Source: Balamuthia mandrillaris
Lineage: Eukaryota
Reading direction: 5' to 3'
Assembly (NCBI GenBank): GCA_031835245.2
Contig: JAVKOQ020000058.1
Span: 186,001 to 233,317, forward strand
DNA length: 47,317 bases
Of the stretch, positions 1-26,415 are shown one piece after another; position 1 is the first letter of the stretch; each line of letters begins with the position of its first letter. The notes under the pieces are model-generated. The model was given only the letters and a program-made list of their open reading frames with translations. It searched no databases and had not been told where the DNA came from. Both the position numbers and the translations under genes were made by a program.

Positions 1-923
<923 letters not shown>

Positions 924-1172
924 CTCTCTTTCTCTCTCTTTTTATTTTGTTAAATAAAAAATGGGTATATTTCTTTTCTCTTTTTTATTTCTTTTTCTTA
1001 TTTATAAATATAGATAGATAGATGGATGGATGGATGGATGGATGGATGGATGGTTAGATAGATTGATGGCAAAGGAGGAGGGAGGAGGAGGAGGAGGAAA
1101 GCATGGCAAGCCCGCTGCAAGCCTCTCTCATCTCCGTGGTGGATGTATGGAGGGTTCTCTCTGAAAGCTATA

Positions 1173-2328
1173 TCAATACTGGCCACCCTCCAAGCTGGCC
1201 GTCCAGTCAAATGGTTCCCAGTGGTTGAGGAAGGCCAAGGTGCGTGCCTTCTCCATGGCGAGGGTATCCCTCTGCCCTTGTCCCCACTTTTGCGGCGGCA
1301 ACTCCACCACTCCCGCCACCACATCCTGGACCCATCCGCACACATTACAAGGTTAGTTCCATAGCTGCAACGAGAGCAAACAAGAGAAGAGACAAGAATG
1401 GTAGAGAGCTAGAGAAAGAAAAGTAGATAGAACGAGAGAGCAGAGAAGAGCGAGACAACAGAAAGGAGGGAAGCAACGTACGCGTCCAAAGTTACGAGGA
1501 AACTCCCTGGCATCCTCGATGACGTGAGCGTACCCACCGCCCATTCCAAACTCCACGCTAAAGTAGGGAAAGTCTGGGGGTATGCTGCGGCGTAGACCAC
1601 GTTCCCTTGTGTCCACCACTTTCTTGTTCTGTGACCACTCGCCCTCCGCCTCCAGCAGAGCCTTCTTGAAGTAGGCAGGAGCCACCTCCGCGTCCCTGCT
1701 GGGTAGAGGTACGCAGTCTACAACGGTGTGCCACCGTTTCTTGAGGTTTGTTACTGTTTCCATGAAGATAGGCACTTTGTCCTGTGCTGCGAACATCTTC
1801 GTCAGGCTTTGTTTGAACCGCTAATATGAGGAATAATTTAGTTACTATCCACATGCTAAGAGAAGAGAACGATGAAGAAGAGAGGCTAACCTGAAACTCT
1901 TCCCATACATCCTCGTCCACCATGGTACAAGCCAGTTCGTGCTGCATTGGCACCAACTGGCAATGTCCCTCCACTAAAACGCCTCGCTGAGGTTGGGTGA
2001 GATACACTTTGTCACCCAAAGAGATGATGAGATGCCGTGGAAACTTCTTGTTATCAAAGCAGTAGTTGCAGTTCTCCACCAGCTTTTTATTGGCATTGTA
2101 GGCTGTTTCATGGCAAGTGAATTAGTAAATAAAATGACATGGATAAATGGATTGTTTTCAAACTGGCAAGTACCTGCGATCGCGCGTTGTTTTTGTGTAT
2201 CTACAGCACTTCGGCCAGACTTTCCTCGTTTCTGTTTCCGCTTGCCTTGGGCACCTTCAAATGAGCCAGGTATATCTGCCATATCGTCCTCCTTGTATTG
2301 CCCCAAGTAACAAGTTTGTTAAAGCGAG

Positions 2329-2361
<33 letters not shown>

Positions 2362-3985
2362 GACGGAGAAAGAGAAGAGAGAAGAGAGAGAGAGAAGAGA
2401 GAGAGCGAGAGAGAGAGAGAGAGCGAAAGACAGAGAGATTAACCATCAAGTTCTGGTTCTTGGCAACTAGTTTGGCAAAGTCCAAATTGTAACGACTGGA
2501 ATCCTCGTCTCTCTGTTCATGGAAAAATAAGGAGCTCATTGATACTTGAATACAATAACTGAACCATGGAAAGAATAAAGTGTACCTCCTCTGCAACCAT
2601 GTCAAGCAAGTTAGAAGATTGGGCATGGCGCGTTTGCCCTCTGCTGCCGGCTTGTGTGCGCGGAGCTACGATAGGGCGGCCTCGTTTATCCAACGTGGGC
2701 AAAACTATAACTTCTTCCTCCTCCTCATTGCTTCGTGGTCTTGCAGGGGCCGACCGTGCCTCCTCTAACTTGCTCTTCAGTTCAGCAACTCGTTCATCAT
2801 CACCCATCATCTCTGCTTTGAGCAATTGTGCCTCCAGCCGGTTAATGTCTTCTGTGGAAGTAGGTGCTGTGGTTCTAGCGGTGTTTGGGCTTTTTCGTTC
2901 CAATTCCTTTCGAATGCTACTTCTGACACTCTCTCTGTCTCTGTCTCTGTCTCTGTCTCTGTCTCTGTCTCTGTCTCTGTCTCTGTCTCTGTCTCTGTCT
3001 CTGTCTCTGTCTCTGTCTCTGTCTCTGTCTCTGTCTCTGTCTCTGTCTCTGTCTCTGTCTCTGTCTCTGTCTCTGTCTCTGTCTCTGTCTCTGTCTCTCA
3101 CTCTTTCCCTGCTGTCGTGGCTTCTGCTTCTGTCTCTGCTCTCCTCTGAGTACAAGGAGCCTGGAGAAGAGGTGGAAGGACCGCTTCGCCATCCTCCTTT
3201 GCTGGTGCCTCGCCGCAAAAAGTCCTCCTAATAGTTAGAGCCAGCGCAATGGAAGGGGTGAGCAAAGAGGCAACTAGAGAAAGGAAGAGAGCTAACGTAC
3301 GCCAAAACGGTTGCGCAGGGCTTCCTCCACGTTTCTTCCTTCCTCACGTGCTCGTTCGATGGTACGCTGCACTGCCATCTGTTGCCACTTGCTCCCTCCA
3401 TCGCCAAGGCCAATCTCTCTAATGGAGGCACTGCGCCTCTTCTCAGGAGGCAAGCCCCCGGTGGCTGCGTAAGGGTTTAGCTCCTTCGGGTTGATCTGAG
3501 AAAGTGGGTGAGAGGAGAAGTGAGCCTTTCTCAAAAAGAAAACTATGGTGGCAATGAGAATAAATAAATACTTTGGCAGGAGGTTCCTCTTTGGGTGGAG
3601 GTTCTTCTTCGACAGGGTGGGTTGGTTTGGTTCTTTTCCAAGGGCGAAGCATCCATTCTTGTCGCTGAAGTTTCGGCTCTTCTAGTTGTGCGGTAGTCTC
3701 AGAGGTGCTCTCCCCGTTCTCTTCGGAGCGTGGCGGTGTTCGCAACAAGTTCTCTTCGTCTTCTTCTTCTCGTTTTTGTGAATGTGGTGGAGTCTTCACC
3801 ACCCACTCCTCCTCATCAAAGGCTGTTTCGTCTTCTTCCTCTCGGCTTCGTTTGTGGCGTTTTTCTTTCTTTTCCTTCTTTCCCTTTTTGCGATGCTTCT
3901 TGTCCTTTTTCTTATGCTTATGCTTGTGCTTGTGCTCTCTCCCACGTTCAGCAAAGGTTTCCTCCTCCTCCTTCTTCTCCTCCAT
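1173..3985 (-). CDS. CWF19L2: CWF19-like protein 2 (CwfJ C-terminal domains), multi-exon
   Basis: ELNPY, GDGGSKW, CNYCF, GHCQLVPMQH, YFKKALLEAEGEWSQNKK, FPYFSVEFG..GGYAHVIED. The last exon reads WEPFDWTASLEGGQY* with the stop at 1173-1175. Confidence 0.9.
2933..3094 (-). repeat. Coding hexamer microsatellite (GACAGA)x27 encoding an RD dipeptide tract
   Basis: Perfect (ctctgt)n on the + strand, in frame within the CWF19L2 exon (ORF 2517-3218). Confidence 0.9.
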
Positions 3986-4155
3986 CTTCCTTCCTTCTGT
4001 GCTTTTTATTCTTTTCGCTTTCTTTTTTTGTCGACTGTGGGGTCTGATCTGATCTGAAGGTGATGTCATCCATAAACAAAAAAGACAATTCGTGTCGACC
4101 CGAATATAGGCTTTTTTTTGCCGAAAGAAAGCAGCACAAGCTTTTTCTGTTGCAT

Positions 4156-5306
4156 TCAAAAGGGGGAATACTCAAACACCTTCCACGTCCTATCGGCAGC
4201 GGCGGATACGATGTACTTGCTGTCGTGGGAAATGTCCACACCGAAGACCTTGCCTTCATGCCCAGATAGAGTGGCGATGGGCGACCAGTCACGGGCAGAC
4301 CATACCCTGCAGGTTTTGTCGAATGATGCCGTCACGAAGAATTGACCATCGTTTGGCTGTTGTGTTTGTTTTGAAAACACAAAAGTTACTCACCTGATTG
4401 ACAACAAAATAGATGCCAACTGGAGAGAGTGAGCACGAACCTGGAATTTGATGTGGGAAACAGTAGAGGAATGAGCAGGTATGATGTAGCTACACTTCTT
4501 CTTGCGGAGGTCCCATACGCGGCAGGTGTGGTCCTCGCTTCCAGTGATGAGCTGGTATCCATTGGGAGAAAAATCGATGCCGAGAGTTTGTTTGGCGTGC
4601 CCTCGTAGGACCATCACGGACCGTCCTGTGCGCAAATCCCACACTCTTCCAAATGTGTCCATGCCACTATTGCGATTCACAAATCACAATGCGTTCAAGT
4701 CAATCCTAATCTCCAGAAACAAAAACACAAGCGCAATGTAATTGAACAATAAACAAGACACCACACACAAGGATATGAGATACCTGGTGGCAGCTAAAGA
4801 GCCATCGACCTGGAAGGAAATGCCATAGACACCCCGCGAATGACCAGTTTGAGCAACAAGTTCCTTTTGTGCTTCAACGTCCCACAGCCGCCATGTTTTG
4901 TCAAAACTAGTATCATCATAACAAACAGAGAAGGGAGCGTTAATAATGCACATCGCTTCAGCAAGAGCAGGTGAGGTCCGTACTATACCTTGTACTTCCC
5001 AGGAATCGTCCAGAAGGGTGGAATGCTATCCGGTTGATTCGGTCCGAATGTCCGTTCAAAGTTGCCAGTGGAGTCGTGTTGCTTAGGAGAGTGAGGAAGA
5101 AGGATTCAGACTAAAGGCCAATAATTCAACAAAACAAAAGATAAAAATCAGGCGAAGATACCTTTCTAATGACCAAAACCGGATGGTTTTGTCGGCAGAG
5201 CATGAAGCAAAATTGAGCGAAGTTCGTTCTTGGGAGATGCATGCCTTTGGATGCCATTCCACAGCACCAACTCGTTCAACATGGCCTAGCAACAAATCCA
5301 ACGCAA

Positions 5307-5348
<42 letters not shown>

Positions 5349-6314
5349 AAGCGAGATTAGGAAGCTCTACACCTAGCCACAAGCCAAAAGTGTTGAAAGA
5401 TACCAGTATAAGTGGCCACAAGTTCCCAGTTTTGAGAGTTCCATACTTTGCAAACACCACCCCACGAGCTCGTCACAAGCAAGGAAGAGTCCGGAGAGAA
5501 GGTACAGGAGGACAAGGGCCGCTCGTCTCCCACTTGGCTGAGGTTGTTGGTGTATTTCTTGAGGCGGTCCTTCAAAGCAGTGAAGCCGATAAAGTCCTCC
5601 TCGAAGGAGACCTCTCTAATCTTTTGCTTGGCAGCTTCCACGCGAGCATTGGCCCGTTGGAGGGAGTACGTTGCTATCCAACGACGTGCCCTTTTCAACT
5701 CAATAGAGCCCTCTGTGTAAAATATTTCATCCTTCTGCATGCAGCGAACGAGAGTTGAATCAGCAAAGATTGAAAAGAAAGTCAGAAGAAAAAAAGAGAT
5801 AACATACCAGCTTTTGTTTCTTTTGAGGAGGCTCGGCCGCCATGGGAGTGGGTTCTTCGGTGGTTGGTCTGGCCTCTTCCACGCCCAGCCGAACCATCAC
5901 TTCTCTCAACCGCTCTCTTCTTTCTGGAGGCTGCAGACAAAGAGGAAGATCAGTCAAAGAAGAGTGGTCTTAGAGATGGAGCGCAAGCGAGTAGTGGAAG
6001 AAGAGCACCTGTTCACCAAAGAGTATGATAGGTTCGCCCAGTTCTCGCAGACGGGCCTTCACCATGGCGTCATTGGTGGGAACTGCGATGGTGCGAGCTC
6101 TCTTTTGTTGCTCGAAGCGCTGCAGCAAAACGGCCTGTCTAGCATGAGACTCCACCATGTTGTCCGACAGCGGGAGGGCCTCAAAGGCAGCCGACGACGC
6201 TGGCGCTGGCGTCCCTGCTGCGGCCGCGGCAGGCGCTGAGACATTCTGTGGTTCTCGCAAAGTTTCGCTTTGCTTCGCCAAGGAGCCAAAGAATATCCTG
6301 TTGCTCTCAGCCAT
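4156..6314 (-). CDS. PRPF4: U4/U6 snRNP WD40 protein Prp4
   Basis: SFM motif [51 protein letters not shown], and WD40 repeats ([29 protein letters not shown]). Confidence 0.95.
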
Positions 6315-6414
6315 GGCCCTTCTTCTTTCTCCTTCTTCGTCCCCTCTTCCCTCTTCCCTCTTCCCTCTGTGTGTGTTTTCTTCTCTTTTTCTTTTGTTTT
6401 TGTCGACATTGCCT

Positions 6415-6442
6415 CTAACCCTAACTTTGACCCTAACCCTAA
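6415..6442. promoter_or_regulatory. Telomere-like CCCTAA motifs in the divergent PRP4/Ras intergenic region
   Basis: ctaaccctaactttgaccctaaccctaa, about 100 bp upstream of the PRP4 ATG. Confidence 0.3.
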
Positions 6443-7000
6443 TCTTGCCTTCCCTTCAAGGCGTTTTGGATGCCAGCCATCCCCTCCTGCAAAACCATTG
6501 CATGTGTGAATGGGGTGAAAGTCTGCTAGGCTTCTCGAGGCAGGCCCACGGACACTAACCACTCCGTTCGTTGCTGTACAAGGTTCCTCCAGAATGTCTC
6601 TCAGCCCGAAGCCTTTGTGCATAAGGACTTCTTGCTTGTGATAGCAATCCCATCAGCAAACTCTCCCAAGAGGCTGTACTCCACAAGCGAGGCGGAAACA
6701 AAAGAACAGGAAGCGTCGCGTCGTGGAACAGAGCAGCGGACGACGCTGAACCAAAAAGGGGGTGAGATAAAAATAGATCGAGGAGAAGGTGCTCCCTTCA
6801 CCAAAAAAGGCAAGGAGAGGAGTGACCCTTTGCCGGACTTCTCCCCCCTCACAATTTTTTTTGTGTGTGTGCTTCTTTTTTTTCCCCAACAGACCAACGA
6901 GAGAAGGGCTTGGTTGTGTTCCTTGTATTATTTTATTTTTTCTTTGGTGCAAGGGGGATTCATTGTAGAGTGCTTCGAAGATACCTCTTTCTTCCCAAGG

Positions 7001-8005
7001 ATGAGTCACAACGAGTACAGAATTGTGGTAGTTGGTGCTGGTGGTGTCGGCAAAAGCGCACTTACCGTCCGTTTCATTCAAGGAAACTTTGTAGAAAAGG
7101 TACGGTGCTGCTGTTCATCTTTGAGAATTTGTCAGGTGCGCAAACATCCGCAGTAAACTAACGGCGCATTTTGAAACACAGTATGATCCTACCATTGAAG
7201 ATAGTGAGTATTTCCTGTGAACGTCTTGCTTTATCTTGGTATCCTATTCTCACGAGGCGGATTCTTTCCCTCACTTTTCCTTTCTGTTTTAAACAGGCTA
7301 CAGAAAGCAAGTGGAGGTTGATGGAGTGGCTTGTATGTTGGTACGTTCTCAATTTTGTTCTTAAGTGGAGCGTGACCCCAATCATTCCAACAACCCTTTC
7401 TTCATAAAGGATATAATGGATACTGCCGGCCAGGAAGAATACTCTGCGTACGTAGGGATTGGACTTTCTTCTGAATCCAGCCTCTAAACTTTTTTGTTTG
7501 TTTGTTTCCCAAATTGTTTTTTTTTAACTCAAAAAGCCTGAGAGACCAGTACATGAAGACCGGACAAGGATTCATCCTTGTGTATAGCATAACTTCGCCC
7601 ACCAGCTTCGAGGCAGCCACGAAGCTGAGAACTCAAATCCTCCGGATCAAGGAGGATCACCAAGACGTACCTTTCATCCTTCTTTTCTTCTTCCCTGTTA
7701 TTAGTGTCTTCTCATTTCTGTTTGTTCTTCCCTGGTTTGCGCGACTGGTGTTGCTTATATAGATCCCTATCGTGTTGGTTGCCAACAAAGTGGATCTGGA
7801 GGAGGAAAGGGCGGTCAGTGCAGAAGAAGGCAAGAGCCTTGCCCAAAAGTTCAACACGGGTTTCATCGAGGCCTCCGCAAAGAGCAACCACAACGTCAAC
7901 GAGGTCTTCTACGAGCTGGTCCGCATGATCAACAAATGGCGCGAGAAGAACCCGTCGCAAGCCCCGCAGAAGCCCACCAAGAAGAGGAGGTGCTTGCTCT
8001 ACTGA
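7001..8005 (+). CDS. Ras-family small GTPase with CAAX box
   Basis: Short exons give [36 protein letters not shown], then a polybasic tail KKRRCLLY*. Confidence 0.95.
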
Positions 8006-8289
8006 TGTACTGTTGTTGCCCCCTCGCCGTCTAAATACCATTGCCAGCAGTCAGTCCTAAGAGACATTCCTATAGTCGTTTAACATCCCATCCCCCAATT
8101 GTAACCACATCACCGTTATCATCATCAACATTGTTGCCATTGCTTTTTTCTCTCTTCTTTTCCCGTTTGTTGTCATGAAAGCAGTAAGTTGTCACAACAG
8201 CAATGACAACGAGGAGGCCATTGGCCTTTGCTTTGTTTCTTTCTCTTTCTTTGTTATTGAGCATCAAGCACCAGCGCAACAAGTTGAAG

Positions 8290-9150
8290 CTATGCACCGT
8301 ATTTGGGCGTCATGCCGAGCTTGTAGGCCACCTCTGCCATGAAGTTTTGAGCGTGGATGGTGGCATTGCCACCATGCCGCTCGCATTCCAGCCGACCAAA
8401 GCGGCTACAATGGTCCCGTCGCGTCACCCCTTGCTGGTAGTACGTAGCCAAGAGAGCATCGCCTCGCCCAAGTTCTTCCTCCTTCTTCTCGTCGCTCCTT
8501 GCTTGCACGCTTTGGCGTGGTCGCAGCGGATGAGAAGAAAAACTCCTAATGTTGTTCTCTTCATCCTTCTCTTCCGTCTCCCCCTCCGCCTCTCGCAGGA
8601 CTACCACCAGGTAATAGTTCTTGGGCAACAAGACAGAAACTAGGGCATCGATAGGTTCCATTCCGGGCGTGCTTCTCATGTGGACAAAGGCGAGGTCACA
8701 AGGGGAGCCCTCCAAGCACTTGCATACCTGCTCCGCCAGTTGCTCCGTGCTTGTGGGTGAAGCAGGGACAGTGGTGGCACCAATGGAAGCCAACACAGTG
8801 GTGGCAGCTGTGCTCTCGCTAAAGAAGGTGGGTCGCATGCGACGTCCATACCTTTGTTGCAGGATAGAAGAAGATGCAGAAGCAGAAGGAAGGCCTTGCA
8901 CCTCCCCGTCCTCTTTCACCTGAAACTGTACTACAGAAAGGGATTAGCAGCGGTTGTAGGTTAGTTCATCAACCACACTGAAGGAGCGAGAGTGACAGGA
9001 GGAAAAGAGGGAGTGAGCGCCTGCCTTGCCCTTGTTTGTGTCATCAACAAAATGGGGGGCCACTCCGAACAACTGCACCAAGTCCCACACCGTGTTGTAC
9101 TCTGCGAAGAAGACACACAACAAGTGAATAATAACTTTCAACACTCCCCC

Positions 9151-9188
<38 letters not shown>

Positions 9189-9366
9189 CTTGCTCAGCAC
9201 TATCGCTGGCAGGAAGGTACACCAAGCCTGAGCAGCCTTCTTGCGCCATGGTGTGCAAGGACCTACAAAGAGAAGGGTCTCTCTCCACAAGGGGTGCCCC
9301 CCTGCAGCGTTCCGCATAGATGACCACTCCCTTCTGCGGGGGGTATGGGCTGCCGCTGCTCCCCAT
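8290..9366 (-). CDS. Conserved uncharacterised protein ending in AYKLGMTPKYGA
   Basis: Spliced ORFs 8944-9366 and 8290-8919. HPLRPRQS, GVTRRD, HGGNATI and the C-terminal KLxxxPKYGA resemble an uncharacterised family I recall from plants; not verified by a search. Confidence 0.65.
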
Positions 9367-9751
9367 TTCTTTTTTTTTATTTTGTTTTTTTTGTTCCCTT
9401 TTTTTTGTGGTTCTTATGATAATAGGTTGGGACAGACACAATACTCAGTACACATAATATCTCCTTTAGAACCAACGAGTATTAGGTTGTACCAGCGGTT
9501 CACACATTTTACAAGAAAAGGGCAAAAAGGGAAAAGTTATGTCGACGCGAATGGATAAAATTGGGGTTCCTCGCCCGCAAATTGCCCCTACTTTGCCTCT
9601 TCTGCCGCGCAAGGGAGAGCTAATAAGGCACCGCAACAACAACACCACCAACAAGGTGTAAACTAAACCGTCGTCGTCGGCAAAACCAACGCCAAAAAGC
9701 AGCGTTCCCGCAACCAACCCCAAGCGCACCACCGACACCCTGTGACAAACA

Positions 9752-11179
9752 ATGAGGCAATCCAAGCTGGACCATTGGGGCGGCCTGCTCGACATTGCAT
9801 GTAAGCACACCTGCTGCGCTGCTGGCATTTCGTTTCCCCTCTGCTTTCTTTTCTTTTTTGCGCGTGATGTGGCGGCAACCCACAGGTGGTCGTAGAAGTA
9901 GTAGTGACTTATTCTCTGCCCTACCTTCATCCACAACCCCAAAACAGTTGTGGAGGCTCGCAACCTCCCCAAAATGGACGTGAATGGGAAGGCAGACCCC
10001 TTTTGTGTGGCCAAATTGGGGGAAAAGCCAGTTCACACCACCAAAGTTATTAAAAAGACGTTGGATCCCGTTTGGAACGAAACCGCCCGAGTGTATGTTC
10101 TCTCTATTCTTGCTTGCTTGCTTGCTTGCTTTAAATATATTCCTCATCTTATTTGCGGTGGAATATAGCTTGATCCCCACTTCCCAACTGAACTACAACC
10201 TGGACATTGAGGTGTGGGACTGGGACAAGGTTTCCAGCAACGACTTTGCAGGGACTGCAGTGTTGGACCTCAGCACTCTTCACCCCAAACAACCTGTGGA
10301 CGTGTGGCTACCCATCAAACGCGAACACAAGCACAAGCAGAAGACTTATGGAGAGGTCCACATAAAGGCCCAGATGTACACCAAACCTGGTACTCTTCAC
10401 TTTTGTCGTCTCTCTCTCTCTCTCTCTCTAATCTCATTATATAAACAAAACTAGAGGTGGAAGCTATGTTTTGGAGAGGAGTGATGGACCACTTTGATAC
10501 AAACAAGTCAGGCAGCATCGGTCACTTGGAATTGATAGGCTTGCTGGACGGCATCGGTAGTTCCCTTACTGATGAAGAAATTGAGACTCTGGTACTTCTT
10601 TCCTTTCGTTTTTGTTTGCTAATTTATGATTCGTGCATTACGTTAACGTGTTTTCATGAAGTTCGATGAGTTTGATGAGAATAAGGATGGTGAAATCTCC
10701 TTTGATGAATTGTTGAAGCTCGTAACAGGTTTGATATTTTCCTTTCCTTACTGTCTTTTCCATATCATTAACAAAGGCCATTGGCAGATGAGAGTGCGAG
10801 GTCAAATGACCTGGTTAGTAAAATGCTTCCTGTTGATGAGGACTTCATTTGGACGATAACTGCGCAAGCTCATGATGGCGCCACTATCGGAAGCCTTGGT
10901 AAGTGCGAGTTTACAAAACTGCAGCGTTCCACTTTTGTTATTCCCTTTCAAATGTTTTGACCTGTGCGTTGTGCGCAACAGTTGTGAACAACAACTGGAA
11001 TGCAGAGATCGAATTTAGAGGCAGCGATGGTAAGAAGAAGAAAGTTAGCAAAATCATGGTGCATGATCGTGCTACAGGCAAACTTGTGGAAGAAAAGATT
11101 CCGCACTACATAAAGGTTTCCATGAGGGTGATGTATGCTACTGGTGGAGGAAAAAGAGGTCAGTTTGATTCTCTCTGCC

Positions 11180-11213
<34 letters not shown>

Positions 11214-12463
11214 ACAGTTGCTTATACATAACGCAATCGATATATTAGCGGTGGACATGAAGAGGACGCAGAAAATCCTTAAATCCCTCACTGTCAAACA
11301 AGGCAGGAAATACAACAGCCCGACTAGCGTCAGGGATATTGCCCCTTTCATCCAATATCACCAACTTAACGAGGATGAAATGCTGGACCCAGTTTCTTCC
11401 TTCACTAACTTCAACGAGTTTTTCTATCGTAAACTCAAGCCCTCCGCTCGTCTCATTGCTGCGCCTAACGATCCTGTTCGTACTATTTGTTTCTTCTATT
11501 GTTGTATTTTGCTTGTGGGCAACACGCACAATCTGTTAAACTTCGTAACGCACAACAGAAAGTTGCAGTATCACCTGCTGACTGTCGCTTGAACGCCTTT
11601 CCTAAAATCACCTCTGCCACTGAGCTGTGGATCAAAGGCAAGAACTTCAGCCTTGCCTCTTTGTTGCAGAATAACGACTTGGTAGATTTTCCTGACTCTT
11701 TTTAATAACTATGTAGCCACCTCTCCTTATCGCTTGAAAAAAAACTAGGCTGCCCAATACGAGGAAGGCTCAATGGCAATCTGCAGGTTGGCCCCTCAGG
11801 ACTACCATCGCTTCCACATCCCTGTAAACGGTGTCATTGGAACGCCAACCACCATCAGCGGCACCTACTTTACTGTACACACACCACAAATACCTTTTTT
11901 TTTTAAACAAACTAGCCCCTTCGTGTGTGTTTTTGTACTGACGATGCTATCTCCAGGTCAATCCAATTGCAGTGAACGAGACCATTGACGTTTTCACAGA
12001 AAATAAGAGAGTGGTGACTCCCATTGATAGCCCGGAATTTGGACAGGTACTCTTTGTTTTGGTGGATAAGGTGCGAATTTTCTCACACTTGTGAACTTGA
12101 ATCCATCAGGTACTCTTTGTTGCCATTGGAGCAACAATGGTGGGCTCTGTGTGCCTCACCACCAATGAAGGACAACAGGTAACAAAAGGAGAGGAACATG
12201 GCTATTTTGGTGCGTATCGTATTTTTTATTTTTTAAAACATGGATGAAAATCACAGAAAGAACCAGAGAAGAGCATCACGGAAAAAGACTAATACCACCA
12301 TTTTAATCAATGATGATACATAACAGCCTTTGGAGGTTCCACTGTGATCCTGTTATTCCCTCCTGATTCCATTACGTTTGATGAAGATCTGGTGGTTAAC
12401 AGTTCTAAGCCGCTGGAGACATTGGTGAGGATGGGGGATAGCTTGGGCAAAGCCAACAATTGA
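9752..12463 (+). CDS. Phosphatidylserine decarboxylase, PSD2/PSD3 type (C2 domain + EF-hands)
   Basis: C2 domain ([24 protein letters not shown]), EF-hands ([20 protein letters not shown]), [27 protein letters not shown], and the autocleavage motif FGGST at about 12330. Confidence 0.93.
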
Positions 12464-12636
12464 TGACTAAAGGCAGTTTGTTGTTGCTGTCGACGATATC
12501 TTTTCTTTCTTCTTCCCCAGAATTTGTACTTGCTTTCCCTGCTCTAACAAACTTAGATGCTCCTTTCTATCTTCTGTTGTTCGCTTTGTTGAAACTAACT
12601 AAACTAGCGAATTGTTCCTCGCCAGCAATACAAGTA

Positions 12637-26071
<13,435 letters not shown>

Positions 26072-26415
26072 GGCTTGTGTGGTAAAGGTTCCGCCCTTCA
26101 ACGAACGTCAGATTAGGTGAGGTTTAATTGGAGAGACTTGTCACGCTGGTCACAGGAAGCCACTCATGCTTGGTTCACAGAGGGGTCTACCTTTCAGAGT
26201 TAAAAAATAAAGGGGAGGGAAATACAATGGGCAGGCGGGGCGGGCAAGGGTAGTAGGCTCCTTGTTGCTTGGGTGGTGGCCTGTGCGTTCCCTTTTTGTT
26301 CTTCTTGTTGTGTTGTGCTTGCTTGGGGGGTAGATTCCTGCTGGATTGGCACCATGACGACGTGACGCAAAAGGAAGGAAGGAAGGAGAGTCCAGCAAGT
26401 AAGCCCAGGAGGAGC

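Noticed and set aside
2566..3231. Long SL/SV/RQ-repeat ORFs
   Set aside because: These are alternative frames or the antisense of the RD microsatellite in CWF19L2.
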